Both the position numbers and the translations under genes were made by a program. Below are positions 30,181-38,147 of a stretch of DNA of 64,000 bases, one piece after another; the first letter of the stretch is position 1, and the number at the start of each line of letters is the position of its first letter. The stretch is taken from assembly GCA_046347045.1 (NCBI GenBank), contig JAXMGX010000002.1, positions 136,124 through 200,123 on the forward strand, read 5' to 3'. The stretch comes from Steroidobacteraceae bacterium. GTDB taxonomy: Bacteria; Pseudomonadota; Gammaproteobacteria; Steroidobacterales; Steroidobacteraceae. Under the pieces are notes generated by a model. That model was not told where the DNA came from and ran no database searches. It saw only the letters and a program-made list of their open reading frames with translations.

Positions 30181-30615
30181 ATGGCGCGCCATTCGTTGAT
30201 GGGTTCAATCATGATCCTGGGACTTTGCGCAGCGGGCGCAGGTATGTGTGCAGACACCCCGCCGGCGGCTGCCACCGAAGCGGTCAAGCCGCTGATGCAG
30301 AAGGCGTTGCAGGGCGATCCTGGCAAAGAGGTCCTGATGCTGACCGTGGAGTACCTGCCGGGCGGCGCCTCGCTTTCGCATCGGCATGATGCACAGGTGT
30401 TCGTGTACGTGCTGGAAGGCACGCTCAACATGCAGGTGGCCGGTGGGCCTTTGATGACTCTGCACCCGGGCGAAACGTTTTATGAAGATCCCGCCGACGT
30501 GCACACGGTTTCGGCCAATGCCAGCAAGACCAAGCCTGCCAAGATCGTCGTGTTCATGGTGAAGGACAAGGCGGCCGCTCCGACCCGACCGGCGCCGCAG
30601 ACGATCAAGCATTGA
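30181..30615 (+). CDS. secreted cupin-domain protein
   Basis: Signal peptide MARHSLMGSIMILGLCAAGAGMCA. Cupin motifs GGASLSHRHDAQVFVYVLEG and GETFYEDPADVH. Confidence 0.75.
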   Translation: MARHSLMGSIMILGLCAAGAGMCADTPPAAATEAVKPLMQKALQGDPGKEVLMLTVEYLPGGASLSHRHDAQVFVYVLEGTLNMQVAGGPLMTLHPGETFYEDPADVHTVSANASKTKPAKIVVFMVKDKAAAPTRPAPQTIKH

Positions 30616-30954
30616 GGTTCGCCGCGGCAGCCCGGCCGTGATTGCATGGGCGCACACGAAGAATCGAAAAGCGCGCCGCCGGGTGCGATGGCGTGGGACA
30701 GACCTCGACGAGCGCGCCGCGCTCATCCACCCATTTCAGAATCGTTTCGGACACGATATTGGAGGAAGCGACAGGCGCGGCGTCGGCACGAACAGTTCGT
30801 CTTCGAACCACCTCTTGCCGACTTTTCCGATGCACGCCAGTGACGCCGGAAGCTCGAGGGCGCGGCGCCGTTTCACGTCGTGGTTCTTGTTTGCGGCGAA
30901 GTACTCTTCCATGAAGCTGTGGATCGCCTCGACGTGTTCCGGCGCCCGGCGAGG

Positions 30955-32697
30955 TCAGCGCAGCGCGTGCGCGGCCAGGCTGAAAATCAGCGCCAGCGCC
31001 AGCAGCGCGGTCAGGGACTGCCAGAAGCGAAGCGGATTGCGTTCGTACAACGACCGGTACCTCGTGGATACGGGCTCACCGCGCGCCATGGCGCCGTCGA
31101 GTTCCATCGACATCTCGAGCACGTCGCCGAAGCGGGCGCCCGGATCGGGCTGCAGCGACTTCGCCAGCAGGTGGCCGAGCCAGGCCGGCAGATCGGGGCG
31201 ATGCCGCGACAGCGGGGTCGGCTGCGTGAATCGGGGTCGCGTGAAGGGTTCGATCTCGCCATAGGGATATCGCCCGCTGAACATGCGGTACAGCGTGACG
31301 CCTGCCGCGAACTGGTCGGAGGCCTCGCTGCCGGCATCGCCGTCGAACAATTCGGGCGCCATGTAGCTGGGCGTGCCCGGAATATCGGTGGAGGGAAACT
31401 CCTCCATCAGTGGAATGCGCACCACGCCCAGGTCGATCAGCCGCAGCCCGCCGTTGCCCTCCAGCAGCACGTTGTCGGGCTTTATGTCGCGATGGATGAT
31501 GCCGGCGCGGTGCAGTGCAGCCATGGCACGCAGCAGCTTCTGCGCAATGGACAGTCCCTCGTCGAGCAGAATGCGCGGCGCGCGGCGCAGGCGGGCTTCC
31601 AGCGTCTCACCCTCGTAGAAGGGCATGACCGAGTACAACCGTGTCTGCCTTTCGGCTGGCAGCTCGATGGTCTCGCCCAGATAGGGGCTGTGCAGCCGGG
31701 CCGAGACCCAGGCCTCGCGCACGAAGGCTTGATGATAGGTGGAGGCGGTCGCCACGTTCGCCTGCGGGAACTTCAGCACCACGAGTGCCCCGCCCTGGCT
31801 GTCGCGGGCGCGCAGCAGGCGGCTGTAGCGCCCGTCGGACAGCAGGCCCTCGATGACGAAACCATCGATGGTATCGCCCACGGCGGGCGGCGACAGGATG
31901 GGCAAGGCACGGATGTGTCCCAGCAGTTCCTGTGCGCCGGCCTCGGGCACCTCGAGGACATCGACGATGGCGCAGCTGACGTTGTCCTGGCTGCCAGCCG
32001 CGAGCGCTGCCTCGACGATGCAGGCCGCATCCTCGTCCGGCGATCGCCGGCGCAGCAGCAGCGCGCGCAACTGCTCGTGCCGCAGCGAGGCATGCACGCC
32101 GTCGCTGGTCAGCATGATGCGGTCATGGGCGCGCAGCGGATGTGCGCCGTGATCGAGCCGCAGTGTGGGCTCCATGCCCACGGCGCGCAGCAGGATGTGA
32201 TCGCGCTCGGGCTGCTGGATGGTGTGGTCTGCGGTGAGCGGCACGAGCTGCTCGTCCTGCAGCAGATAGGCGCGCGAGTCGCCCACGTGCACCACGTGCG
32301 CGCTGCGGTCCGCGAGAATCACCGCGGTGAAGGTGGTGGACGCATGTTTCAGGCGCGGATCCGTGGTCGCCTGCGAATGCAGCCAGCTGTTGATCGCCGC
32401 CATGTTGCGCGCCGCGCTGCGCGCGATGCCCGCCGTGGGCGCGGTGCCGTAGTGCGCCTCCAGGAAACTGCGCACAGTCAGCTCGGCCGCGATCCGGCCC
32501 GCATTGCCGAGACTGACGCCATCAGCCATCGCCACCGTGTGGCCATGGACGCTCGAAGGCCCATCGCAGCAGAGGCCGACGTAATCCTGGTTTTGCTCGC
32601 GACGGCCGCGCTGGCTGCTGAAGCCTGCAGTCACGCGCAGTGTCCTGTTCTCTCTCACGCGACGAGATGCTCCGTTTTCGGTCAGCGCTTGCCCCAT
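30955..32697 (-). CDS. bifunctional PP2C phosphatase / Ser-Thr protein kinase, C-terminal TM anchor
   Basis: PP2C motifs (SQRGRREQNQDY, MADGVS, GSQDNVSCAIV), then Hanks kinase motifs (HRDIKPDNVLL, DLGV, GTPSYMAPE) and the terminal helix LTALLALALIFSLAA. Confidence 0.88.
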   Translation of the reverse strand: MGQALTENGASRRVRENRTLRVTAGFSSQRGRREQNQDYVGLCCDGPSSVHGHTVAMADGVSLGNAGRIAAELTVRSFLEAHYGTAPTAGIARSAARNMAAINSWLHSQATTDPRLKHASTTFTAVILADRSAHVVHVGDSRAYLLQDEQLVPLTADHTIQQPERDHILLRAVGMEPTLRLDHGAHPLRAHDRIMLTSDGVHASLRHEQLRALLLRRRSPDEDAACIVEAALAAGSQDNVSCAIVDVLEVPEAGAQELLGHIRALPILSPPAVGDTIDGFVIEGLLSDGRYSRLLRARDSQGGALVVLKFPQANVATASTYHQAFVREAWVSARLHSPYLGETIELPAERQTRLYSVMPFYEGETLEARLRRAPRILLDEGLSIAQKLLRAMAALHRAGIIHRDIKPDNVLLEGNGGLRLIDLGVVRIPLMEEFPSTDIPGTPSYMAPELFDGDAGSEASDQFAAGVTLYRMFSGRYPYGEIEPFTRPRFTQPTPLSRHRPDLPAWLGHLLAKSLQPDPGARFGDVLEMSMELDGAMARGEPVSTRYRSLYERNPLRFWQSLTALLALALIFSLAAHALR

Positions 32698-32798
32698 TTG
32701 GTCGCATCGGCCGATGCGTTGCACCGCTGCGGTCGTCGTTCCGGGGGTGAAGGATTAAAGGCCAGCCGGCACAACTGTTGCAATCCGAACCCAGGCAG

Positions 32799-34028
32799 AT
32801 GTCTCACGGAGTGAAAGCCTCGATGGATGCCGGGTTCTGGAAAGCGGGGCATCGCCCCACGTTGTTTGCCGCATTCTTCTATTTTGACATCAGCTTCATG
32901 GTCTGGGTCATGCTCGGGCCACTGGGCGTCGCGGTCGCGGCCGACCTTGGAATGTCGCCCGCGCAGAAGGGCCTGATGGTCGCGACGCCGGTGCTGGCCG
33001 GTGCGCTGCTGCGGGTGGTCAATGGCATCCTCGTCGATCATCTGAAGCCCAAGCTCACGGGCCTCCTCGGCCAGATAGTCGTCATCGTCGGCCTGCTCCT
33101 CGCATGGAATCTTGGCGTGCACTCCTTCGGGCAGGTGCTGCTGCTCGGCCTGGTGCTGGGCGTAGCCGGGTCGGCATTCGCCGTGGCATTGCCGCTGGCG
33201 TCGCGCTGGTATCCCCCGCAGTACCAGGGCACCGCGCTCGGCATCGCGGGCGCGGGCAATTCCGGCACCGCGCTCGCTGCGCTGTTTGCCCCCTCACTGG
33301 CCATCGCGTTCGGCTGGAACAATGTAATCGGGCTCGCCGTGCTGCCGCTGCTGGTGGCGCTCGGGGTGTATGTGTTCCTGGCGAAGGACAGCCCCAACAA
33401 TCCCCCGCCCAAGCCGGTGAGCGCCTACTTCACGCCGCTGAAGAGCTCCGATGCCTGGTGGTTCATGTTCTTCTACGCCGTGAGCTTCGGCGGGTTCTCG
33501 GGCCTGTCATCGTCGCTGACCATCTACTTCAACGACCAGTATGGCCTGTCGCCGGTGATGGCGGGATACCTCACGGCGGGCTGCGTCTTCGCCGGTTCGC
33601 TGGTGCGTCCGTTCGGGGGCGCGCTGGCTGATCGCGTCGGCGGCATCCGCACGCTCACCGCCATGTACCTGATGGCCGCGCTGGCGCTGTTCGTCGTCGG
33701 CACGAACCTGCCCACCGCGCTGGCGGCGATGTCGGTGTTCGTGGTGGCGATGCTCGCCCTGGGCATGGCCAATGGCGCCGTGTTCCAGCTGGTGCCGCAG
33801 CGTTTCCGCGAGGAGATCGGCGTCATGACCGGGCTGGTCGGCATGGCGGGCGGCGTGGGCGGCTTCTTCCTCGCCTCCAGCCTCGGCTTCGCCAGGCAGC
33901 TCACCGGACAGTATTCCTCCGGATTCTTCATCTTCGGCGGTCTGTCGCTGCTGGCACTCGTGGGGCTCACCAGCGTGAAGCGGCGCTGGCGGACGACCTG
34001 GGGCGCCGTGGTGCAGGCGCGCATCTGA
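32799..34028 (+). CDS. narK: MFS nitrate/nitrite transporter (NarK/NasA type)
   Basis: 12-TM MFS. GALLRVVNG and GLVGMAGGVGGFF nitrate-nitrite porter signatures. First gene of the nas cluster. Confidence 0.88.
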   Translation: MSHGVKASMDAGFWKAGHRPTLFAAFFYFDISFMVWVMLGPLGVAVAADLGMSPAQKGLMVATPVLAGALLRVVNGILVDHLKPKLTGLLGQIVVIVGLLLAWNLGVHSFGQVLLLGLVLGVAGSAFAVALPLASRWYPPQYQGTALGIAGAGNSGTALAALFAPSLAIAFGWNNVIGLAVLPLLVALGVYVFLAKDSPNNPPPKPVSAYFTPLKSSDAWWFMFFYAVSFGGFSGLSSSLTIYFNDQYGLSPVMAGYLTAGCVFAGSLVRPFGGALADRVGGIRTLTAMYLMAALALFVVGTNLPTALAAMSVFVVAMLALGMANGAVFQLVPQRFREEIGVMTGLVGMAGGVGGFFLASSLGFARQLTGQYSSGFFIFGGLSLLALVGLTSVKRRWRTTWGAVVQARI

Positions 34029-34041
34029 TCGGGAGACAGCA

Positions 34042-36579
34042 GTGACACAGCGCAAGATACTCGTGATCGGCAATGGCATGGTGGGCCAGCGCCTGCTCGA
34101 GAAGCTGGCGGCGGCCGAACACGGCTGCCAGGTAACCGTGCTCTGCGAGGAGCCGCGACCGGCCTACGACCGTGTGGGCCTGTCGGGATTCTTCAACGGC
34201 AAGACGGCCGACGACCTGTCGCTGGTGCCCGAGGGTTTCTTCGACCGATCGGGCATCGCCCTGCACCTGTCCGAGCGCGCCGAATCCATCAACCGCGCGC
34301 GCAGGATTGTCATCACGAGTTCGGGGCGCGAGCTGGCCTACGACAAGCTGGTGCTGGCCACGGGCTCGTATCCCTTCGTGCCTCCCATACCGGGCCGGGA
34401 GCGCAAGGACTGCTTCGTCTACCGCACCATCGAGGATCTCATCGCCATCCGCGATGCCAGCCGCAACGCGCGCACCGGTGTCGTGATCGGCGGCGGACTG
34501 CTGGGCCTCGAGGCCGCAAAGGCCCTGGTCGACCTGGGACTCGAGACGCACGTGGTCGAGTTCGCGCCGCGCCTGATGGCGGTGCAGGTGGACGACGGCG
34601 GCGGGCGCGTGCTGCGCCGGCACATCGAATCCCTCGGCGTACGCGTCCACTGCGGCAAGTCCACCACCGCCATCGAGGCGGGCACGCAGCACCAGCACCT
34701 GCTGCGCTTCGCGGATGGCGAATCGGTGGAAGCGGACGTGGTGGTGTTCTCGGCGGGCATCCGCCCGCAGGACGCGCTCGCCAGGGCGGCCGGCATCGAA
34801 CTGGGGCCGCGCGGCGGCATCGTCATCGACGACTTCTGCCGCACCAGCGATCCGGACATCTACGCCATCGGCGAGTGTGCGCTGTGGCAGGGCAAGCTCT
34901 ACGGCCTGGTGGCACCCGGGTACCAGATGGCCGAGGTGGCTGCCACGGGACTGCTGGGCGCGGGCGAGAAGCGGTTCGCCGGTGCGGACATGAGCACCAA
35001 GCTCAAGCTCATGGGCGTCGACGTGGCCTCGCTGGGTGACGCGCATGCCACCACGACCGATGCGCAATGCTGCACGCTCGTGGATGAGCGCGTCGGCGTC
35101 TACAAGAAACTGGTCATCAGCAAGGACGGCACGCGACTGCTCGGTGGCATCCTGGTCGGCGATGCCGCCGACTACGGCACCTGGCTGCAGCTCATGCTGA
35201 ACGGCATGCCGCTGCCATCGAAGCCGGAGTCGCTGCTCGTTCCGGCGAGCGAGGGTGGCGAGGCGGGCGCCGGCATGGGCGTGGCAGCGCTGCCGGCCAG
35301 CGCCCAGATCTGCTCCTGCAACAACGTCAGCAAGGGCGACATCTGCGCCGCCGTCGATGCCGGCGTCACCACGCTCGGGGGCATGAAGAGCTGCAACAAG
35401 GCCGCCAGTTCCTGCGGCGGCTGCGCCCAGCTCGTCACGCAGATCATCAAGGCCCAGCTGCAGCGCAAGGGCATTGCCGTCAACAACCACCTCTGCGAGC
35501 ACTTCCCGTATTCGCGCCAGGAACTGTTCCACCTGGTGAAGGTGGGCCAGATCCGCGACTTCGCGGACCTGATCACGCTGCACGGCAAAGGCCTGGGCTG
35601 CGACATCTGCAAGCCCGCGGTGGCGTCGATCCTGGCGTCCCAGTGGAACGAGTTCGTGCTCAAGCCCGCCAAGGCCGTGCTGCAGGACACGAACGACCGC
35701 TTCCTCGCCAACCTCCAGAAGGATGGCAGCTATTCGGTGGTGCCACGGGTGCCCGGGGGCGAGATCACGCCCGACAAGCTGCTGGTGATCGCGCAGGTGG
35801 CGAAGAAGTACGACCTGTACACCAAGATCACCGGCGGACAGCGCATCGACCTGTTCGGCGCGCAGGTGAACCAGCTGCCGGACATCTGGCGCGAGCTGAT
35901 CGCTGCCGGGTTCGAGTCCGGACATGCCTACGGCAAGTCGCTGCGCACGGTGAAGAGCTGCGTGGGCTCCACCTGGTGCCGCTACGGCGTGCAGGACAGC
36001 GTGGGTTTCGCCATCGAGCTCGAGAACCGCTACAAGGGCCTGCGTTCGCCGCACAAGATCAAGTTCGCCGTGTCCGGCTGCACCCGCGAGTGCGCCGAGG
36101 CGCAGAGCAAGGACGTGGGCGTGATCGCCACCGAGAAGGGCTGGAACCTGTACGTCTGCGGCAATGGCGGCATGAAGCCACGTCATGCCGACCTCCTGAC
36201 CAGCGACATCGACCGCGAGACGCTGATCCGGTACGTCGACCGCTTCCTGATGTTCTACGTGCGCACGGCCGATCGCCTGCAGCGCACGGCCAGCTGGCTG
36301 GAGAACCTCGAGGGCGGCCTGGATTACCTGAAGTCCGTCGTGTGCGACGACAAGCTCGGTATCGCGGCGGATCTCGAGGCGGCGATGCAGCGGGTGATCG
36401 GCTCCTACGAGTGCGAATGGAAGAAGGCGGTGGCGGATCCGGCGACCCTGCGGCGCTTCCGCCATTTCGTGAACAGCGACAAGCTGGATTCGAACATCGT
36501 GCTGGTGGAGGAGCGCGGCCAGCGCCGTCCCGCCACGACCAAGGAGCGTGTGGGGATGACCGAGGCGGTGGGCGCATGA
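34042..36579 (+). CDS. nirB: NAD(P)H-dependent assimilatory nitrite reductase, large subunit
   Basis: GTG start. VIGNGMVG FAD fold, BFD-like [2Fe-2S] CSCNNVSKGDIC, sirohaem/4Fe-4S block SCVGSTWCRYG...VSGCTRECAEA. 845 aa. Confidence 0.95.
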   Translation: MTQRKILVIGNGMVGQRLLEKLAAAEHGCQVTVLCEEPRPAYDRVGLSGFFNGKTADDLSLVPEGFFDRSGIALHLSERAESINRARRIVITSSGRELAYDKLVLATGSYPFVPPIPGRERKDCFVYRTIEDLIAIRDASRNARTGVVIGGGLLGLEAAKALVDLGLETHVVEFAPRLMAVQVDDGGGRVLRRHIESLGVRVHCGKSTTAIEAGTQHQHLLRFADGESVEADVVVFSAGIRPQDALARAAGIELGPRGGIVIDDFCRTSDPDIYAIGECALWQGKLYGLVAPGYQMAEVAATGLLGAGEKRFAGADMSTKLKLMGVDVASLGDAHATTTDAQCCTLVDERVGVYKKLVISKDGTRLLGGILVGDAADYGTWLQLMLNGMPLPSKPESLLVPASEGGEAGAGMGVAALPASAQICSCNNVSKGDICAAVDAGVTTLGGMKSCNKAASSCGGCAQLVTQIIKAQLQRKGIAVNNHLCEHFPYSRQELFHLVKVGQIRDFADLITLHGKGLGCDICKPAVASILASQWNEFVLKPAKAVLQDTNDRFLANLQKDGSYSVVPRVPGGEITPDKLLVIAQVAKKYDLYTKITGGQRIDLFGAQVNQLPDIWRELIAAGFESGHAYGKSLRTVKSCVGSTWCRYGVQDSVGFAIELENRYKGLRSPHKIKFAVSGCTRECAEAQSKDVGVIATEKGWNLYVCGNGGMKPRHADLLTSDIDRETLIRYVDRFLMFYVRTADRLQRTASWLENLEGGLDYLKSVVCDDKLGIAADLEAAMQRVIGSYECEWKKAVADPATLRRFRHFVNSDKLDSNIVLVEERGQRRPATTKERVGMTEAVGA

Positions 36580-38147
36580 GCACGGGAAGACGTCATTTCG
36601 TTTGTGAACTCGAGGACATCTTCGACGGCGGCGGCGTCTGCGCGCTGATCGATGGCGAGCAGGTGGCGCTGATGCGCGTGGGCGAGGAGATCTTCGCGCT
36701 TGAGAACCGCGATCCGTTCAGCGATGCGAACGTGATCTCGCGCGGCCTGGTGGGCGACCAGGCCGGGCAACTCGTGGTGGCCTCGCCGGTCTACAAGCAG
36801 CATTTCAACCTGCGCAGCGGCCGCTGCCTGGAAGACGAGTCCGTGGGCCTGCGCACCTGGCCTTGCGGCGTGCTCGACGGCCGCGTGTGGGTGGAGTCGC
36901 TGCTGGCCACCACCGCGGCCGATGGCCGCGGCAGGCGTCGACTGGTGGTGGTGGGCAATGGCATGGCGGCCATGCGCACCGTCGAGGAACTGCTGCAGCA
37001 CGCGCCCGATGCCTATGACATCACCGTCTTCGGCGCGGAGCCCCGTGGCAACTACAACCGCATCCTGCTGTCGCCGCTGCTGGCGGGCGATGCCGCCCGC
37101 GAGCAGATCATGTCGCACCCGCTGCAGTGGTACCAGGAGCGGGGCATCGCGCTGCATGTCGGCGATCCGGTGGTGTCCATCGACAGGCGCCAGCGACGCG
37201 TGATATCGGCGGCCGGCGTGGTGGCGGGCTATGACCGGCTGCTGCTGGCGACGGGCTCGGATCCGGTGCGCCTCAAGGTACGCGGGCACGACCTGTCCGG
37301 CGTCTTCAGCTTCCGCAGCCTCGATGACGTGGACGGCATGCTCGCCCAGGCCGGCAATGCGCGCGAGGCAGTGGTCATCGGCGGTGGTCTCCTGGGGCTG
37401 GAGGCCGCCAGCGGACTCGCGCGCCAGGGCCTGTCGGTCACCGTGGTGCACATCCGCGAACGCGTGATGGACCGGCAACTCGATGACGAGGCGGCTGCCT
37501 TCCTCTGCCGCACGATGGAGGAGCGGGGCATCCGCTTCAGGCTCGCCGCGCGCACCGAGGCCTTCGAGGGCGATGGCGCCGTGCAGCGGGTGCGGCTCGA
37601 GGATGGCAGCTCGATCGCGGCACAGCTGGTCGTCGTGGCCGCGGGCATCACGCCGCGCACGGAACTGGCGCGCGCCTGCGGCCTGAAGTGCGATCGCGGC
37701 ATCCTGGTCGACGACACACTGCAGACCTTCGACCCGGCGATCTACGCGGTGGGTGAATGCGTGCAGCATCGTGGCGCCACCTATGGCCTGGTGGCACCGC
37801 TGTGGGAGCAGGCCCGCGTCTGCGCGGCGCATCTGGCCGAACGGGGCGTGACGCGGTTCCGGGGTTCCCGGCCCTCGGCCCAGCTCAAGGTCAGCGGCAT
37901 CGCGGTGTTCTCCGCCGGCGATCCGGCGAAGGCGGCCGGCGCGGAATCCATTCGTTACGCCGATCGCGCGGCAGGCGTCTACAAGCGGCTCTGGGTGCGC
38001 GAGAACCGGTTGCAGGCAGCCGTCCTCTACGGCGATACACGCAATGCGGCCTGGTATGCGGACCTGATCGAGCATCAGCGCGACATCTCCCCGTGGCGCG
38101 AAGAGCTGCTGCTGGGTGAAGCCCCCATGCCGGAATCCGCAGCTTGA
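36576..38147 (+). CDS. fusion protein: NirD-like nitrite reductase small subunit + FAD/NAD(P)H pyridine-nucleotide-disulfide oxidoreductase (nitrate reductase electron-transfer subunit)
   Basis: The ATG overlaps the nirB stop (ATGA 36576-36579). The first ~110 aa are NirD-like (GGGVCALIDGEQVALMRV...SPVYKQHFNLRSGRCLED...GRVWV). There is no stop before LVVVGNGMAAMRTVEEL, and the oxidoreductase is about 400 aa. Confidence 0.8.
   Translation: MSTGRRHFVCELEDIFDGGGVCALIDGEQVALMRVGEEIFALENRDPFSDANVISRGLVGDQAGQLVVASPVYKQHFNLRSGRCLEDESVGLRTWPCGVLDGRVWVESLLATTAADGRGRRRLVVVGNGMAAMRTVEELLQHAPDAYDITVFGAEPRGNYNRILLSPLLAGDAAREQIMSHPLQWYQERGIALHVGDPVVSIDRRQRRVISAAGVVAGYDRLLLATGSDPVRLKVRGHDLSGVFSFRSLDDVDGMLAQAGNAREAVVIGGGLLGLEAASGLARQGLSVTVVHIRERVMDRQLDDEAAAFLCRTMEERGIRFRLAARTEAFEGDGAVQRVRLEDGSSIAAQLVVVAAGITPRTELARACGLKCDRGILVDDTLQTFDPAIYAVGECVQHRGATYGLVAPLWEQARVCAAHLAERGVTRFRGSRPSAQLKVSGIAVFSAGDPAKAAGAESIRYADRAAGVYKRLWVRENRLQAAVLYGDTRNAAWYADLIEHQRDISPWREELLLGEAPMPESAA

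Noticed and set aside
32698-32798. ANTAR/NasT-type antiterminator hairpins or other leader structure upstream of narK
   Set aside because: I could not find the paired hexaloop hairpins by eye in the 100-nt spacer, and no nasT/nasR gene is present.
33967-36465. 832-aa minus-strand ORF across nirB, and similar long ORFs: 30880-32814(+), 17635-19371(+), 17624-19303(-), 19716-21464(+), 21557-23281(+), 24325-25407(+), 36405-38075(-), 38075-39214(-), 60339-61448(+)
   Set aside because: All lie antisense to or out of frame with genes that carry strong family signatures. Their translations are low-complexity and Arg/Ala/Gly/His-rich, as expected for stop-poor shadow frames in high-GC DNA.
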